DNA of 64,000 nt from Dehalococcoidia bacterium (lineage in GTDB: Bacteria > Chloroflexota > Dehalococcoidia > Lucifugimonadales > Australimonadaceae), in contig JAJEFD010000018.1 in NCBI GenBank assembly GCA_022820645.1, positions 95,252-159,251 on the forward strand, written 5' to 3'. The notes beneath the pieces are model-generated. The model did no database searches. It saw only the letters and a list, made by a program, of their open reading frames with translations, and was not told where the DNA came from. This document shows positions 29,044-35,919 of the stretch, piece after piece. Numbering within the stretch: position 1 is the stretch's first letter; each line of letters opens with the position of its first letter. A program made the position numbers and the translations under genes.

Positions 29044-29510
29044 GCCGCGCCCCCGGCGTCCCTGCCCGCGCTGTAGACGTAGTGCCCGAAGAGCAGCACG
29101 AACGCCGCGAGCACGAGGTGGAAGAGCGCAGGGAGGCTCTCCGCGAACCAACCGACGTCCGAGAGGAACGTGAGCCCCGCTGCGAGCCGGAACGCCATCG
29201 CCGCGAAGTACGCCCCGCCGAGGACGAAGCACGCGCGGTGCTTCCACGTCGCAGGAGTGATCGACCGCGAGCGCACCATCACGAGCGCCCGCGCCAGCAG
29301 CGCGACGATGAGCACCTGCGAGGCGAGCAGCGCGGGGTATGGCAGCCCCGAGCCCTGCCAGGTGTCGAACGATGGGAGAAACGGCACCGGGCCCGCCCAC
29401 TGCACCGCCTGCGCCAGCACGCGCAGTACGAACAGCGCCGCGAGCGCGAGCATCCACGGGAGATAGCGCTGGTGGAGAGGGGCGGTGTCGTTCATCGTTC
29501 TGGACAGCAC
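29040..29510 (-). CDS. hypothetical 4-TM membrane protein
   Basis: 156 aa. GTG start lies 38 nt downstream of tRNA-Arg. Four hydrophobic helices. I recognise no family. Confidence 0.6.
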   Translation of the reverse strand: MLSRTMNDTAPLHQRYLPWMLALAALFVLRVLAQAVQWAGPVPFLPSFDTWQGSGLPYPALLASQVLIVALLARALVMVRSRSITPATWKHRACFVLGGAYFAAMAFRLAAGLTFLSDVGWFAESLPALFHLVLAAFVLLFGHYVYSAGRDAGGAA

Positions 29511-29548
29511 GGGAGCGTTCCGGCTGCCAGTGTACGGGGAGAGAAGAG

Positions 29549-29626
29549 TGGCGCGCTAGGCGGGACTCGAACCCACGGCCTCATCCTCCGCAGGGATGCG
29601 CTCTATCCTGACTGAGCTACTAGCGC
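29549..29626 (-). tRNA. tRNA-Arg, anticodon GCG by manual folding
   Basis: Cloverleaf: acceptor GCGCTAG/CTAGCGC, D arm GCTC-AGTCAGGATA-GAGC (A20 present), anticodon stem CATCC/GGATG with loop CTGCGGA, T arm GTGGG-TTCGAGT-CCCGC, and an encoded CCA. Confidence 0.85.
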
Positions 29627-29674
29627 ACTCTCAAGGTGCCACCGGTTGCGGGGCCGGAGGCGTCATATGCTTAG

Positions 29675-29760
29675 TGGTGCCGAGGGCGAGATTTGAACTC
29701 GCACGCCCGTAAGGACACTGCGCCCTGAACACAGCGCGTCTGCCGTTCCGCCACCTCGGC
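29675..29760 (-). tRNA. tRNA-Leu (CAG)
   Basis: Acceptor GCCGAGG/CCTCGGC, anticodon stem CTGTG/CGCAG with loop TTCAGGG, long variable arm, T loop TTCAAAT, encoded CCA. 86 nt. Confidence 0.9.
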
Positions 29761-29772
29761 ACGTCCACACAG

Positions 29773-29849
29773 TGGTGGGCGATACAGGACTTGAACCTGT
29801 GACCTCTTGCGTGTGAAGCAAGCGCTCTAACCAACTGAGCTAACCGCCC
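29773..29849 (-). tRNA. tRNA-Val (CAC)
   Basis: Acceptor GGGCGGT/ATCGCCC, D arm GCTC-AGTTGGTTA-GAGC, anticodon stem CTTGC/GCAAG with loop TTCACAC, encoded CCA. 77 nt. Confidence 0.9.
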
Positions 29850-29865
29850 CACTGCGCGTCCCCTC

Positions 29866-29895
29866 ATTGTCCGTCGACAGCGCCCCTCCTGTAAA
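29866..29895 (-). promoter_or_regulatory. candidate sigma70-type promoter for the tRNA Val-Leu-Arg cluster
   Basis: On the minus strand: TTTACA, an 18-nt spacer, then GACAAT, ending 16 nt before the tRNA-Val 5' end. Pattern match only. Confidence 0.3.
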
Positions 29896-29931
29896 GTATC
29901 GGGCGGCGTCACCCCGCCGGAGGCATCCCCC

Positions 29932-30798
29932 ATGGCGAACCCGAGAGCCGACTTCGTTCCCCTGCCCGACAGGCCGGCGCTGCACCTGCCGCGGGGCGCC
30001 CGCGTCGCCGTCATCCTCGTGATGAACGTCGAGCAGAACGAGTTCGACCACCACGTCGGACGCCCCCTCAGCCCGCAGCCTCCGGGACGCGAGCGCCTGC
30101 CGGACGTGCCCAACTTCTCGTGGTTCGAGTACGGCCTCCGCGCCGGCTTCTGGCGGGTGCTCAACGCCTGCCGCAGCCACCACGTGCCGATGACGATAGC
30201 GCTCAATGGCTCGGTCTGCGACGCCTACCCGCAGGTCGCCCGCGCCGCCTTCGACGCCGGATGGGACGCCGTCGCCCACGGCTACCACCAGCGTCCGATG
30301 CCCGCCGTGGACGATGAGGCAGCCGAGATCAAGCGCGCTCTCGACGCCATCGAGGCGTTCAGCGGCACGCGGCCCCTCGGTTGGCTCGGCCCTGGACTCG
30401 GCGAGACCGACGCCACGCCGGAGCTGCTCGTCGACGCGGGCGTCGAGTTCGTTCTCGACTGGGTCAACGACGATCAGCCGTACGAGTTGAACGTCGCCAG
30501 CGGCAGGCTCTTCTCCGTCCCCTACTCGCTCGAACTGAACGACATCGGCGTCTACATCCGGCTCGGCCACCCGGGGCCGTCGATGCTGGAGCGCGTCCAC
30601 GACCACCTCACGACGCTCCTCAACGACGAGCCGGAGACCGCGCGCGTGATGTCCATCGGCCTGCACCCGTTCATCGTTGGCCAGCCGCACCGCTTCCCCT
30701 ACTTCGTGAAGATGCTGGAGCTCATCATGAACACCCCCGGCGCGATACCGATGACCGCCACCGAGGTCTACCGCTGGTACCGCGAACAGACGGGCTAG
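29932..30798 (+). CDS. polysaccharide deacetylase (NodB-homology) family protein
   Basis: 288 aa. General resemblance to divergent deacetylase/PuuE-like proteins (WFEYGLRAGFWR, HGYHQ). The family call comes from memory of the pattern. Confidence 0.6.
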   Translation: MANPRADFVPLPDRPALHLPRGARVAVILVMNVEQNEFDHHVGRPLSPQPPGRERLPDVPNFSWFEYGLRAGFWRVLNACRSHHVPMTIALNGSVCDAYPQVARAAFDAGWDAVAHGYHQRPMPAVDDEAAEIKRALDAIEAFSGTRPLGWLGPGLGETDATPELLVDAGVEFVLDWVNDDQPYELNVASGRLFSVPYSLELNDIGVYIRLGHPGPSMLERVHDHLTTLLNDEPETARVMSIGLHPFIVGQPHRFPYFVKMLELIMNTPGAIPMTATEVYRWYREQTG

Positions 30799-30804
30799 CC
30801 CGCC

Positions 30805-30867
30805 GTTCCTGCGAAGGCAGGAACCTCGCAGCCCTACTCCGTCATGCCGGCGAAGGCTGGCATCCAG
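30805..30867. repeat. two GC-rich tetraloop hairpin repeats (REP-like)
   Basis: GTTCCTGC-GAAG-GCAGGAAC (30805-30824) and GTCATGCCGGC-GAAG-GCTGGCATCCAG (30841-30867). The second recurs at 33597-33623. Confidence 0.7.
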
Positions 30868-31190
30868 GGTCCCCGACGGGGCACGCGGAGAGCCGTCGTG
30901 TCCTGCGGTGTCCTCCCTGTGCCACTCCTCCCTGTTCCCGCACAGGCGTGGACCGCGCAGCCGCAATCGCTCTAACTGTGCCATTGTGGGCCATTGTGAG
31001 CCATTCCACTCCTGCGACCCTGCCCTCGTGCCGGGGCAGGCCCACCGGCGGCGCAGCGCCGTCACCAACCAACGTACGTGGTCAGGGGGCGGTGGGGAAG
31101 GGGCGCGTGTCACATTGACACCCCTACTTCTCACTAGTAGCGTCCAGCCACCATCTGTTGTACGGCCTTCATAGGGCAAGTGGCAGATGC

Positions 31191-31262
31191 GGGCCCGTGG
31201 TGTAATGGGAGCCACACCACATTGCGAATGTGGAGGTGCGGGTTCGAGTCCCGTCGGGTCCA
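31191..31262 (+). tRNA. tRNA with anticodon GCG (Arg by anticodon); no encoded CCA
   Basis: Acceptor GGGCCCG/CGGGTCC (one G-U pair), anticodon stem CCACA/TGTGG with loop TTGCGAA, T arm GCGGG-TTCGAGT-CCCGT, 4-nt variable loop, discriminator A. The D stem is imperfect. Confidence 0.7.
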
Positions 31263-31314
31263 GTGGTGATGCTTCGAATAGGGTGAGATATGCTCAGCCC
31301 TAATCTAGTAACCC

Positions 31315-31608
31315 CTAGACTGCGGTACCGCCTTGTGCATCAGCTATGTCTTGTGCATCCGATACATTGCTCGTGCCTACACAAGTCTTCTTTCTGTCAC
31401 ACAAGTCGTATGCAGCCTGATACTCCCACTCTGTCTTGCAGAGAATACCTTCATGGAATAAGCACTTCAGCGCCTTTTCCACTTGAGTTCTACTTATATC
31501 TACTGTTACGAACGCATACTTAGGCAGAGGGTGCAGTGAACTACATAGTAACTGAATAATGTGATTTTTCTCTCGTTCTAGTTCCTCGCAGTTCAGTTCC
31601 TCTACCAT
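31315..31608 (-). CDS. hypothetical small protein, possibly winged-helix DNA-binding
   Basis: 97 aa. ATG is preceded by GAAGGAGG. It lies in a visibly AT-richer stretch. The segment DISRTQVEKALKCLFHEGIL looks like a wHTH recognition helix, which is a weak call. Confidence 0.55.
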   Translation of the reverse strand: MVEELNCEELEREKNHIIQLLCSSLHPLPKYAFVTVDISRTQVEKALKCLFHEGILCKTEWEYQAAYDLCDRKKTCVGTSNVSDAQDIADAQGGTAV

Positions 31609-31647
31609 CTCGGCCTCCTTCTAAGTTTAGCGTTCTGCCCTCCCTAA

Positions 31648-31709
31648 CCCCGTCAACCCCCAACCTCGACCCGCCCGACAGTGAAGCGCTCGCCGTCAGG
31701 TGGTGGATG
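31648..31709. repeat. copy A of an imperfect ~60-bp direct repeat (degenerate duplicate of the RCC1-like gene 3' end)
   Basis: Aligns with 32060-32120 at an offset of 412 nt, including the stop codon. It encodes ...PPDGERFTVGRVEVGG* versus ...PPEGERFAVGRVEVGS*. Confidence 0.8.
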
Positions 31710-31729
31710 AACAGACAGATGGTCCATGC

Positions 31730-31987
31730 TTAGGTCTCCTTGATACCTGCGTACAGACAGGTTGAGCATCTGAAAATCTCGACATGCGTGTCTCCAACGG
31801 TTACAAGCGAATGCAATGTTGCCTTCTGGCAGTTCACGCATCTGAGTCCCATGCCGGATCCTGGATGTACCGGATCCCCAACGCGCCATCCTATAAAGCC
31901 GCAACTCGAGCACCTGCTGAACGACCCTGTCTCTTCAACGTGAAGCGTCTGGGTCCAACAGGCCGGACACTTTCTGCCCATCGCCAT
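31730..31987 (-). CDS. tandem zinc-ribbon small protein
   Basis: Track ORF is 31730..32068. AAGGAG is followed by three in-frame ATGs (31993, 31987, 31981), and I chose the middle one. Four CxxC pairs: CPAC, CSSC, CVNC, CSTC. Confidence 0.6.
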   Translation of the reverse strand: MAMGRKCPACWTQTLHVEETGSFSRCSSCGFIGWRVGDPVHPGSGMGLRCVNCQKATLHSLVTVGDTHVEIFRCSTCLYAGIKET

Positions 31988-32059
31988 GGCCATCTCCTTG
32001 GCACGCAAAATTACTCTGTTCCGCCGCGCACGAGCGGCAACCCTACCGACCCCTCCCCA

Positions 32060-32120
32060 CCCCGTCAACTCCCGACCTCGACCCGCCCGACGGCGAAGCG
32101 CTCGCCCTCAGGCGGTGATG
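32060..32120. repeat. copy B of the ~60-bp direct repeat (authentic 3' end of the RCC1-like gene)
   Basis: See copy A. The two copies bracket the zinc-ribbon gene. Confidence 0.8.
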
Positions 32121-33504
32121 CTTGGCTAAAACTATCGTCGCCCCAGCAGACTGCCGTACCGTTAGGTCGGAGTGCACAGGCATGCTCCTGGCCGCTACTG
32201 ATCGATGAGAAATGCTCGGCCTCCGGCGGCGTCGCTTGACCCCTACTGTTCAAACCCGCGCAAACGGCGCTCCCATCTGACCGTAACGCGCAAGTGTATG
32301 CCGCGCCGGTACTAATCGAAATGAACCGCTCGTCATCCAGCGGTGATTGATCTCTCCCCCAACATACAGCGCTACCATCCTGGCGTAACCCACACGTGCG
32401 TCTGACGCCGCTACTGATAGACACGAAACGTTCGGTCTCCGGTGGTGACGCTTGGCCATACTCGTTCCAGCCCCAGCAAACAACGCTCTCATCAGGCCGT
32501 AGGCCGCATGTGTGTCCGCTGCCACTACTCACAGATACGAAGCGATCACCTTCTGGCGGCGATGACTGACCGTCTTGGTTCTTCCCCCAGCAAGCAGCCC
32601 TGCCATCGGACCGCAGGGCACATGTATGCGCCGTACCGCTACTGATTGACACAAACTGCTCTTGCTCCAAGGGCGACGCTTGGCCGTGCTCGTTCCAGCC
32701 CCAGCAAACGACGCTCCCATCAGGCCGCAGGCCGCATGTGTGTCCGCCGCCACTACTCACAGATACGAAACTCTCATCTTCCGGTGGCGATGTGCCTCCA
32801 TTGCGATTGTCTCCCCAGCACACAGGGCTACCATCCAGACGTAGCGCACATGTGTGATGGCCACCACTGCTGAGCGTCGTATGCTGCTCTGGCGCACGGA
32901 AGTTTTCCGGTACGGGGTATGGCGTGGCCGTGGGGGTCGGTGTATCCGTGGGCACCGGCGTAGGAGGCGGCTTAAGCGTCCACCAGCCGCAGGCATCGGA
33001 CGCGCGGAACCCCGCGTCGGTCGGCAGGATGGCGACGGTCGGGGGAGCGGTCGTCGAGTCCTGGAACAGCACGACCTCGCCTCCGGCGTCGAGCCTGCTG
33101 AGCCGCGCCCACTCGCACGTTCCCGATACCTCCGGGGCCTCGTAGACGCCGGGGATGATCTGCTCACCGACAAGCCACGAGCCCGGCGGGAACGCGGTCC
33201 ACGGGAAGGGGGCAGGAGTTGGGGTCGGTGTGGCAGTGGGCGTTGGCGTCGGAGTGGGAGTAGGTGTCGGAGAAGGCGTAGGAGTTGGAGTGGGCGTTGG
33301 TGTAAGGGTTGGCGTAGGAGTCGCAGTGGGAGTTGGGGTTACTGTAGGAGTTGGCGTCGGCGTGGGGATGGGCGTGGCGGTTGGGGGGAGCGTGGGCGTG
33401 GGGCGGGCGGCAGACTCCACGATGCCGACCGTCGGCGGGGCGGAGTCGCACGCCGCGAACGCGAGCGCAAGGAGCATCAGGGCGAGGAGCGCAGGCGTTC
33501 GCAA
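32065..33504 (-). CDS. RCC1-repeat (seven-bladed propeller-type) lipoprotein with Pro/Thr linker
   Basis: 479 aa. TTG start follows GGAGA. Lipobox LALAFAAC and a roughly 65-aa PT-rich linker. Seven repeats of about 37 aa of the type F-[VI]S[VI]SSG-x-HTCGLR-x-DGS-VVCWG-x-N-x-GQ-SPP. Confidence 0.85.
   Translation of the reverse strand: MRTPALLALMLLALAFAACDSAPPTVGIVESAARPTPTLPPTATPIPTPTPTPTVTPTPTATPTPTLTPTPTPTPTPSPTPTPTPTPTPTATPTPTPAPFPWTAFPPGSWLVGEQIIPGVYEAPEVSGTCEWARLSRLDAGGEVVLFQDSTTAPPTVAILPTDAGFRASDACGWWTLKPPPTPVPTDTPTPTATPYPVPENFRAPEQHTTLSSGGHHTCALRLDGSPVCWGDNRNGGTSPPEDESFVSVSSGGGHTCGLRPDGSVVCWGWNEHGQASPLEQEQFVSISSGTAHTCALRSDGRAACWGKNQDGQSSPPEGDRFVSVSSGSGHTCGLRPDESVVCWGWNEYGQASPPETERFVSISSGVRRTCGLRQDGSAVCWGRDQSPLDDERFISISTGAAYTCALRSDGSAVCAGLNSRGQATPPEAEHFSSISSGQEHACALRPNGTAVCWGDDSFSQASPPEGERFAVGRVEVGS
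32095..32883. repeat. tandem ~111-114-bp coding repeats (RCC1 blades) with a ~230-bp higher-order periodicity
   Basis: Stretches around 32466-32565 and 32696-32795 are near-identical at the DNA level. There are seven units overall. Confidence 0.8.
33211..33402. repeat. low-complexity hexanucleotide-type repeat encoding a (Pro-Thr)n linker
   Basis: Encodes TPTPTPTPTVTPTPTATPTPTLTPTPTPTPTPSPTPTPTPTPTPTATPTPTP. Confidence 0.85.
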
Positions 33505-33561
33505 GGGGCAGCGTCTCCAGTCAGTGGGTGGCGGCGAGTCTAGCAGAGCGGGTGGGGGCGT

Positions 33562-33623
33562 GGTTCGACAGGCTCACCATGAGCGGGATGAGGCCTGTCA
33601 TGCCAGCGGAGGCTGGCATCCAG
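33562..33623. repeat. REP-like hairpin pair
   Basis: GACAGGC...GCCTGTC stem, then GTCATGCCAGC-GGAG-GCTGGCATCCAG. The second unit matches 30841-30867. Confidence 0.65.
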
Positions 33624-33805
33624 CATGCCTGATAGGCACACGGAGGGGCGCACGGCCCCGCGGCAGGCGCTGACAGCTTCAGCAGCAGGTGAAGCGCGGT
33701 GGTACCAAATACGGCGCCTGAATTGAGACCGCGCCGATACCTACAACAGTCCCCTCTTCTTGTACATTGGCCTGCAGCGGGATAGCCAGGGAGGTGGCTC
33801 TCAAA

Positions 33806-34393
33806 ATGCCTGTGAGATGGGAGTTCGCTATCTTCGTAGTGCCCGCGGTTATCGTAACCGTCATAGTCATCGGCATCTTCGTTCTGCTGACTGCTGGTTC
33901 AGGTGAAGTGGTCGAACCCGAAGTGGGATTGACTGCAGAGGCTGCACTGGAATCCCCGTCCGGCGACCCCGTGGGGACCGTTACATTCCGGCAAGCAAGC
34001 TCCGGGGTCCTCATCATGGCCGACGTGAAGGGACTGGCCCCGGGCGGTCATGCGTTCATCATCCACGAGACCGGCGCGTGTTCGCCTGACTTCGGCGCCG
34101 CCGGCGACCACTTCAACCCCACTGGCGCCGAACATGGTCTCGTCCATCCGGCCTGGAAGCGGGGCGAATCCGGGGGACACAGCGGCGACCTGCCCAATAT
34201 CTACGCCGCCTCCGACGGTTCCGCACGGGCAGACTTCTTTACCGCTGGCATCACACTGGACACGGCCTTGAGTCATTCCATATTCGACGACGACGGCTCC
34301 GCCATCATCGTGCACGAACACCCGGACGCCTACGGAGAGACCGAGTCGGACACCGGCAGGCGCGTGGCCTGCGGGGTGATCGAGCCGCGATAG
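33806..34393 (+). CDS. sodC: Cu/Zn superoxide dismutase, membrane-anchored or secreted
   Basis: ATG at 33806 within ORF 33767..34393. N-terminal TM or signal helix. SodC motifs HAFIIHETGAC, GDHFNP, GGHSGDLPN, IIVHEHPD, RVACGVI. Confidence 0.88.
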   Translation: MPVRWEFAIFVVPAVIVTVIVIGIFVLLTAGSGEVVEPEVGLTAEAALESPSGDPVGTVTFRQASSGVLIMADVKGLAPGGHAFIIHETGACSPDFGAAGDHFNPTGAEHGLVHPAWKRGESGGHSGDLPNIYAASDGSARADFFTAGITLDTALSHSIFDDDGSAIIVHEHPDAYGETESDTGRRVACGVIEPR

Positions 34394-34538
34394 GGATCGT
34401 TATCCCACCGGTTCACCTGAGAGATGCCTCGGCACGCTCAGCATGACAAGTGCCAGCGCCACGCCGTCTGTGTCGCTCCCTGGACTCCAGCCTCCGCTGG
34501 AGTGACGGAGTTCCCCGCCATAGGTGTAACCTCCCCGC

Positions 34539-35825
34539 GTGACGACGCAGCCGCCCTCCAGCCAGGCTCCGACGCCCGCATCTGCCGCGGGCGCCTCTCC
34601 GCAGCGCCTCCTGCGGCTGCTCTTCCAGCTCCACCTGCCCGCGATCGCGCTCGGCTTCGGCATGGGGGCGACGGTCCCCGTCCTGCCGGAGTTCGCCCTG
34701 TCGTTCGGCGTCGGGCCGGAGCAGGCCGCCCTCGTGTTCGCGGCGACCATGCTCGGCGGGCTCACCGCCAGCATCCCCATCGGCTACCTGCTCGACAAGA
34801 TCGGACGGCGGTGGATCCTCATCCTGGGCCCGGCGCTCACCGCCCTCTCCGCCTTCCTCACCGCCTGGGCGGGCTCCTTCGAGGCGCTGCTCGTCTACCG
34901 CTTCATCGGCGGATGGGGCACACAGATGTGGACGCTCAGCCGGCTCACCATGATCGCGGACACGAGCGCATCCGGCTCACGCGGGCGCATGATCACGAGC
35001 CTCCTCGGCGTACAGCACGTCGGCACGCTGGCAGGGCCGCTGGCGGGCGGGCTGCTGGCCGTGACGTACGGCCTCGAGGTCGCGTTCATCATCCAGGGCG
35101 CGTTCGCGGTCGTCGCCATGGTCCCCGGTTTCTTCGCCAGGGAGACGATGCCGCAGGGCGGACGCACCGGAGGCCGGGGCGCGGCGTCCTCCCCCACGGA
35201 GAGCTTCTCGTGGAAGGCGCTCCTCGCTCATCCGATACCGGTCATGTTCCTTGCCCAGTGGCTCGGCATGACGGCGCGCGGCGGCATCGTGGCGGGCAAC
35301 ACCGTGTTCCTCTACGCCGCCTACGCCTACCAGGAAGCCGACCCCGCGACGCTCGGCATCCTCAGCAGCCTGATGGCGGGCGCGGGGATACCGCTCACCT
35401 TCGCGGCCGGGTACCTGATGGACCGCTTCGGGCGGAAGATATCCATCGTGCCCGGCCTCTTCCTGCTGGGCGCCGGGATGGCCTTCCTGGGGGTAACGTC
35501 GTTCTTCGGGCTGGGGTTCGGCTGGTTCATCGTCGGGTTCGTCGTCATGCAGACGATGAACAGCCTGCTCACCGGCTCGTGGCAGGTCGTCGGCTCCGAC
35601 CTCGCGCCTCCCGGCGGCAGGGGACGGTTCTTCGCGGTGGGGCGCACGGTCACGCAGGCGGGCTTCACGACCAACCCCGTGGCCGTTTCGGTCTGCACGG
35701 CCATCTCCGGCTTCACCCTGGCGCTGGGAGTCGTCGGCGCGGCGGGGATGCTCTCATCGCTCATCCTCGCCCTGTTCGTGCCCGAGACCCACAGCAGGTC
35801 ACGTTCCAGTGGAGGACGGGGATAG
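34539..35825 (+). CDS. MFS transporter
   Basis: 428 aa, about 12 TM helices, motifs LDKIGRRW and MDRFGRK. Confidence 0.85.
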   Translation: MTTQPPSSQAPTPASAAGASPQRLLRLLFQLHLPAIALGFGMGATVPVLPEFALSFGVGPEQAALVFAATMLGGLTASIPIGYLLDKIGRRWILILGPALTALSAFLTAWAGSFEALLVYRFIGGWGTQMWTLSRLTMIADTSASGSRGRMITSLLGVQHVGTLAGPLAGGLLAVTYGLEVAFIIQGAFAVVAMVPGFFARETMPQGGRTGGRGAASSPTESFSWKALLAHPIPVMFLAQWLGMTARGGIVAGNTVFLYAAYAYQEADPATLGILSSLMAGAGIPLTFAAGYLMDRFGRKISIVPGLFLLGAGMAFLGVTSFFGLGFGWFIVGFVVMQTMNSLLTGSWQVVGSDLAPPGGRGRFFAVGRTVTQAGFTTNPVAVSVCTAISGFTLALGVVGAAGMLSSLILALFVPETHSRSRSSGGRG

Positions 35826-35919
35826 GGGCCGTCTGCCCCGTCCGCGCTTGAACGGCACGCGGAAACAGGAGTACAGTAACCGCACGCAGACAGTACGCAC
35901 GCACGGGAGAGGTGCAACG

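Noticed and set aside
30868-31190. A triple GCCATTGTG repeat and a GTGTCA-CAT-TGACAC palindrome upstream of the second GCG tRNA, possibly a promoter or operator.
   Set aside because: The TTGACA within the palindrome has no convincing -10 partner at proper spacing. Too speculative to list as a feature.
29631-31215. ORFs 29631..30206 and 29827..31215 (191 and 462 aa) covering the tRNA cluster and the deacetylase gene in antisense.
   Set aside because: They run through three tRNA genes or lie opposite a well-supported CDS. No motifs.
31648-32120. Possible diversity-generating retroelement (a template/variable repeat pair at the 3' end of the RCC1-like gene).
   Set aside because: No reverse transcriptase gene is nearby. 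The mismatches between the two copies are not restricted to adenine positions of one copy (they include C/T, G/C and G/A in both directions plus an indel).
33211-33402. A regular short-period repeat that might be mistaken for a CRISPR or a tandem satellite. The His-rich coding tracts at about 50339-50415 and 51590-51669 raise the same question.
   Set aside because: The periodicity is 6 nt or irregular and lies inside ORFs, encoding (Pro-Thr)n or His/Asp/Glu tracts. There is no repeat-spacer organisation and there are no cas genes.
31263-33700. An integrated mobile element or prophage at the tRNA.
   Set aside because: No integrase, transposase, phage or conjugation genes are present, and I could not find a direct repeat of the tRNA 3' end. 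I report only the compositional islet and the duplication.
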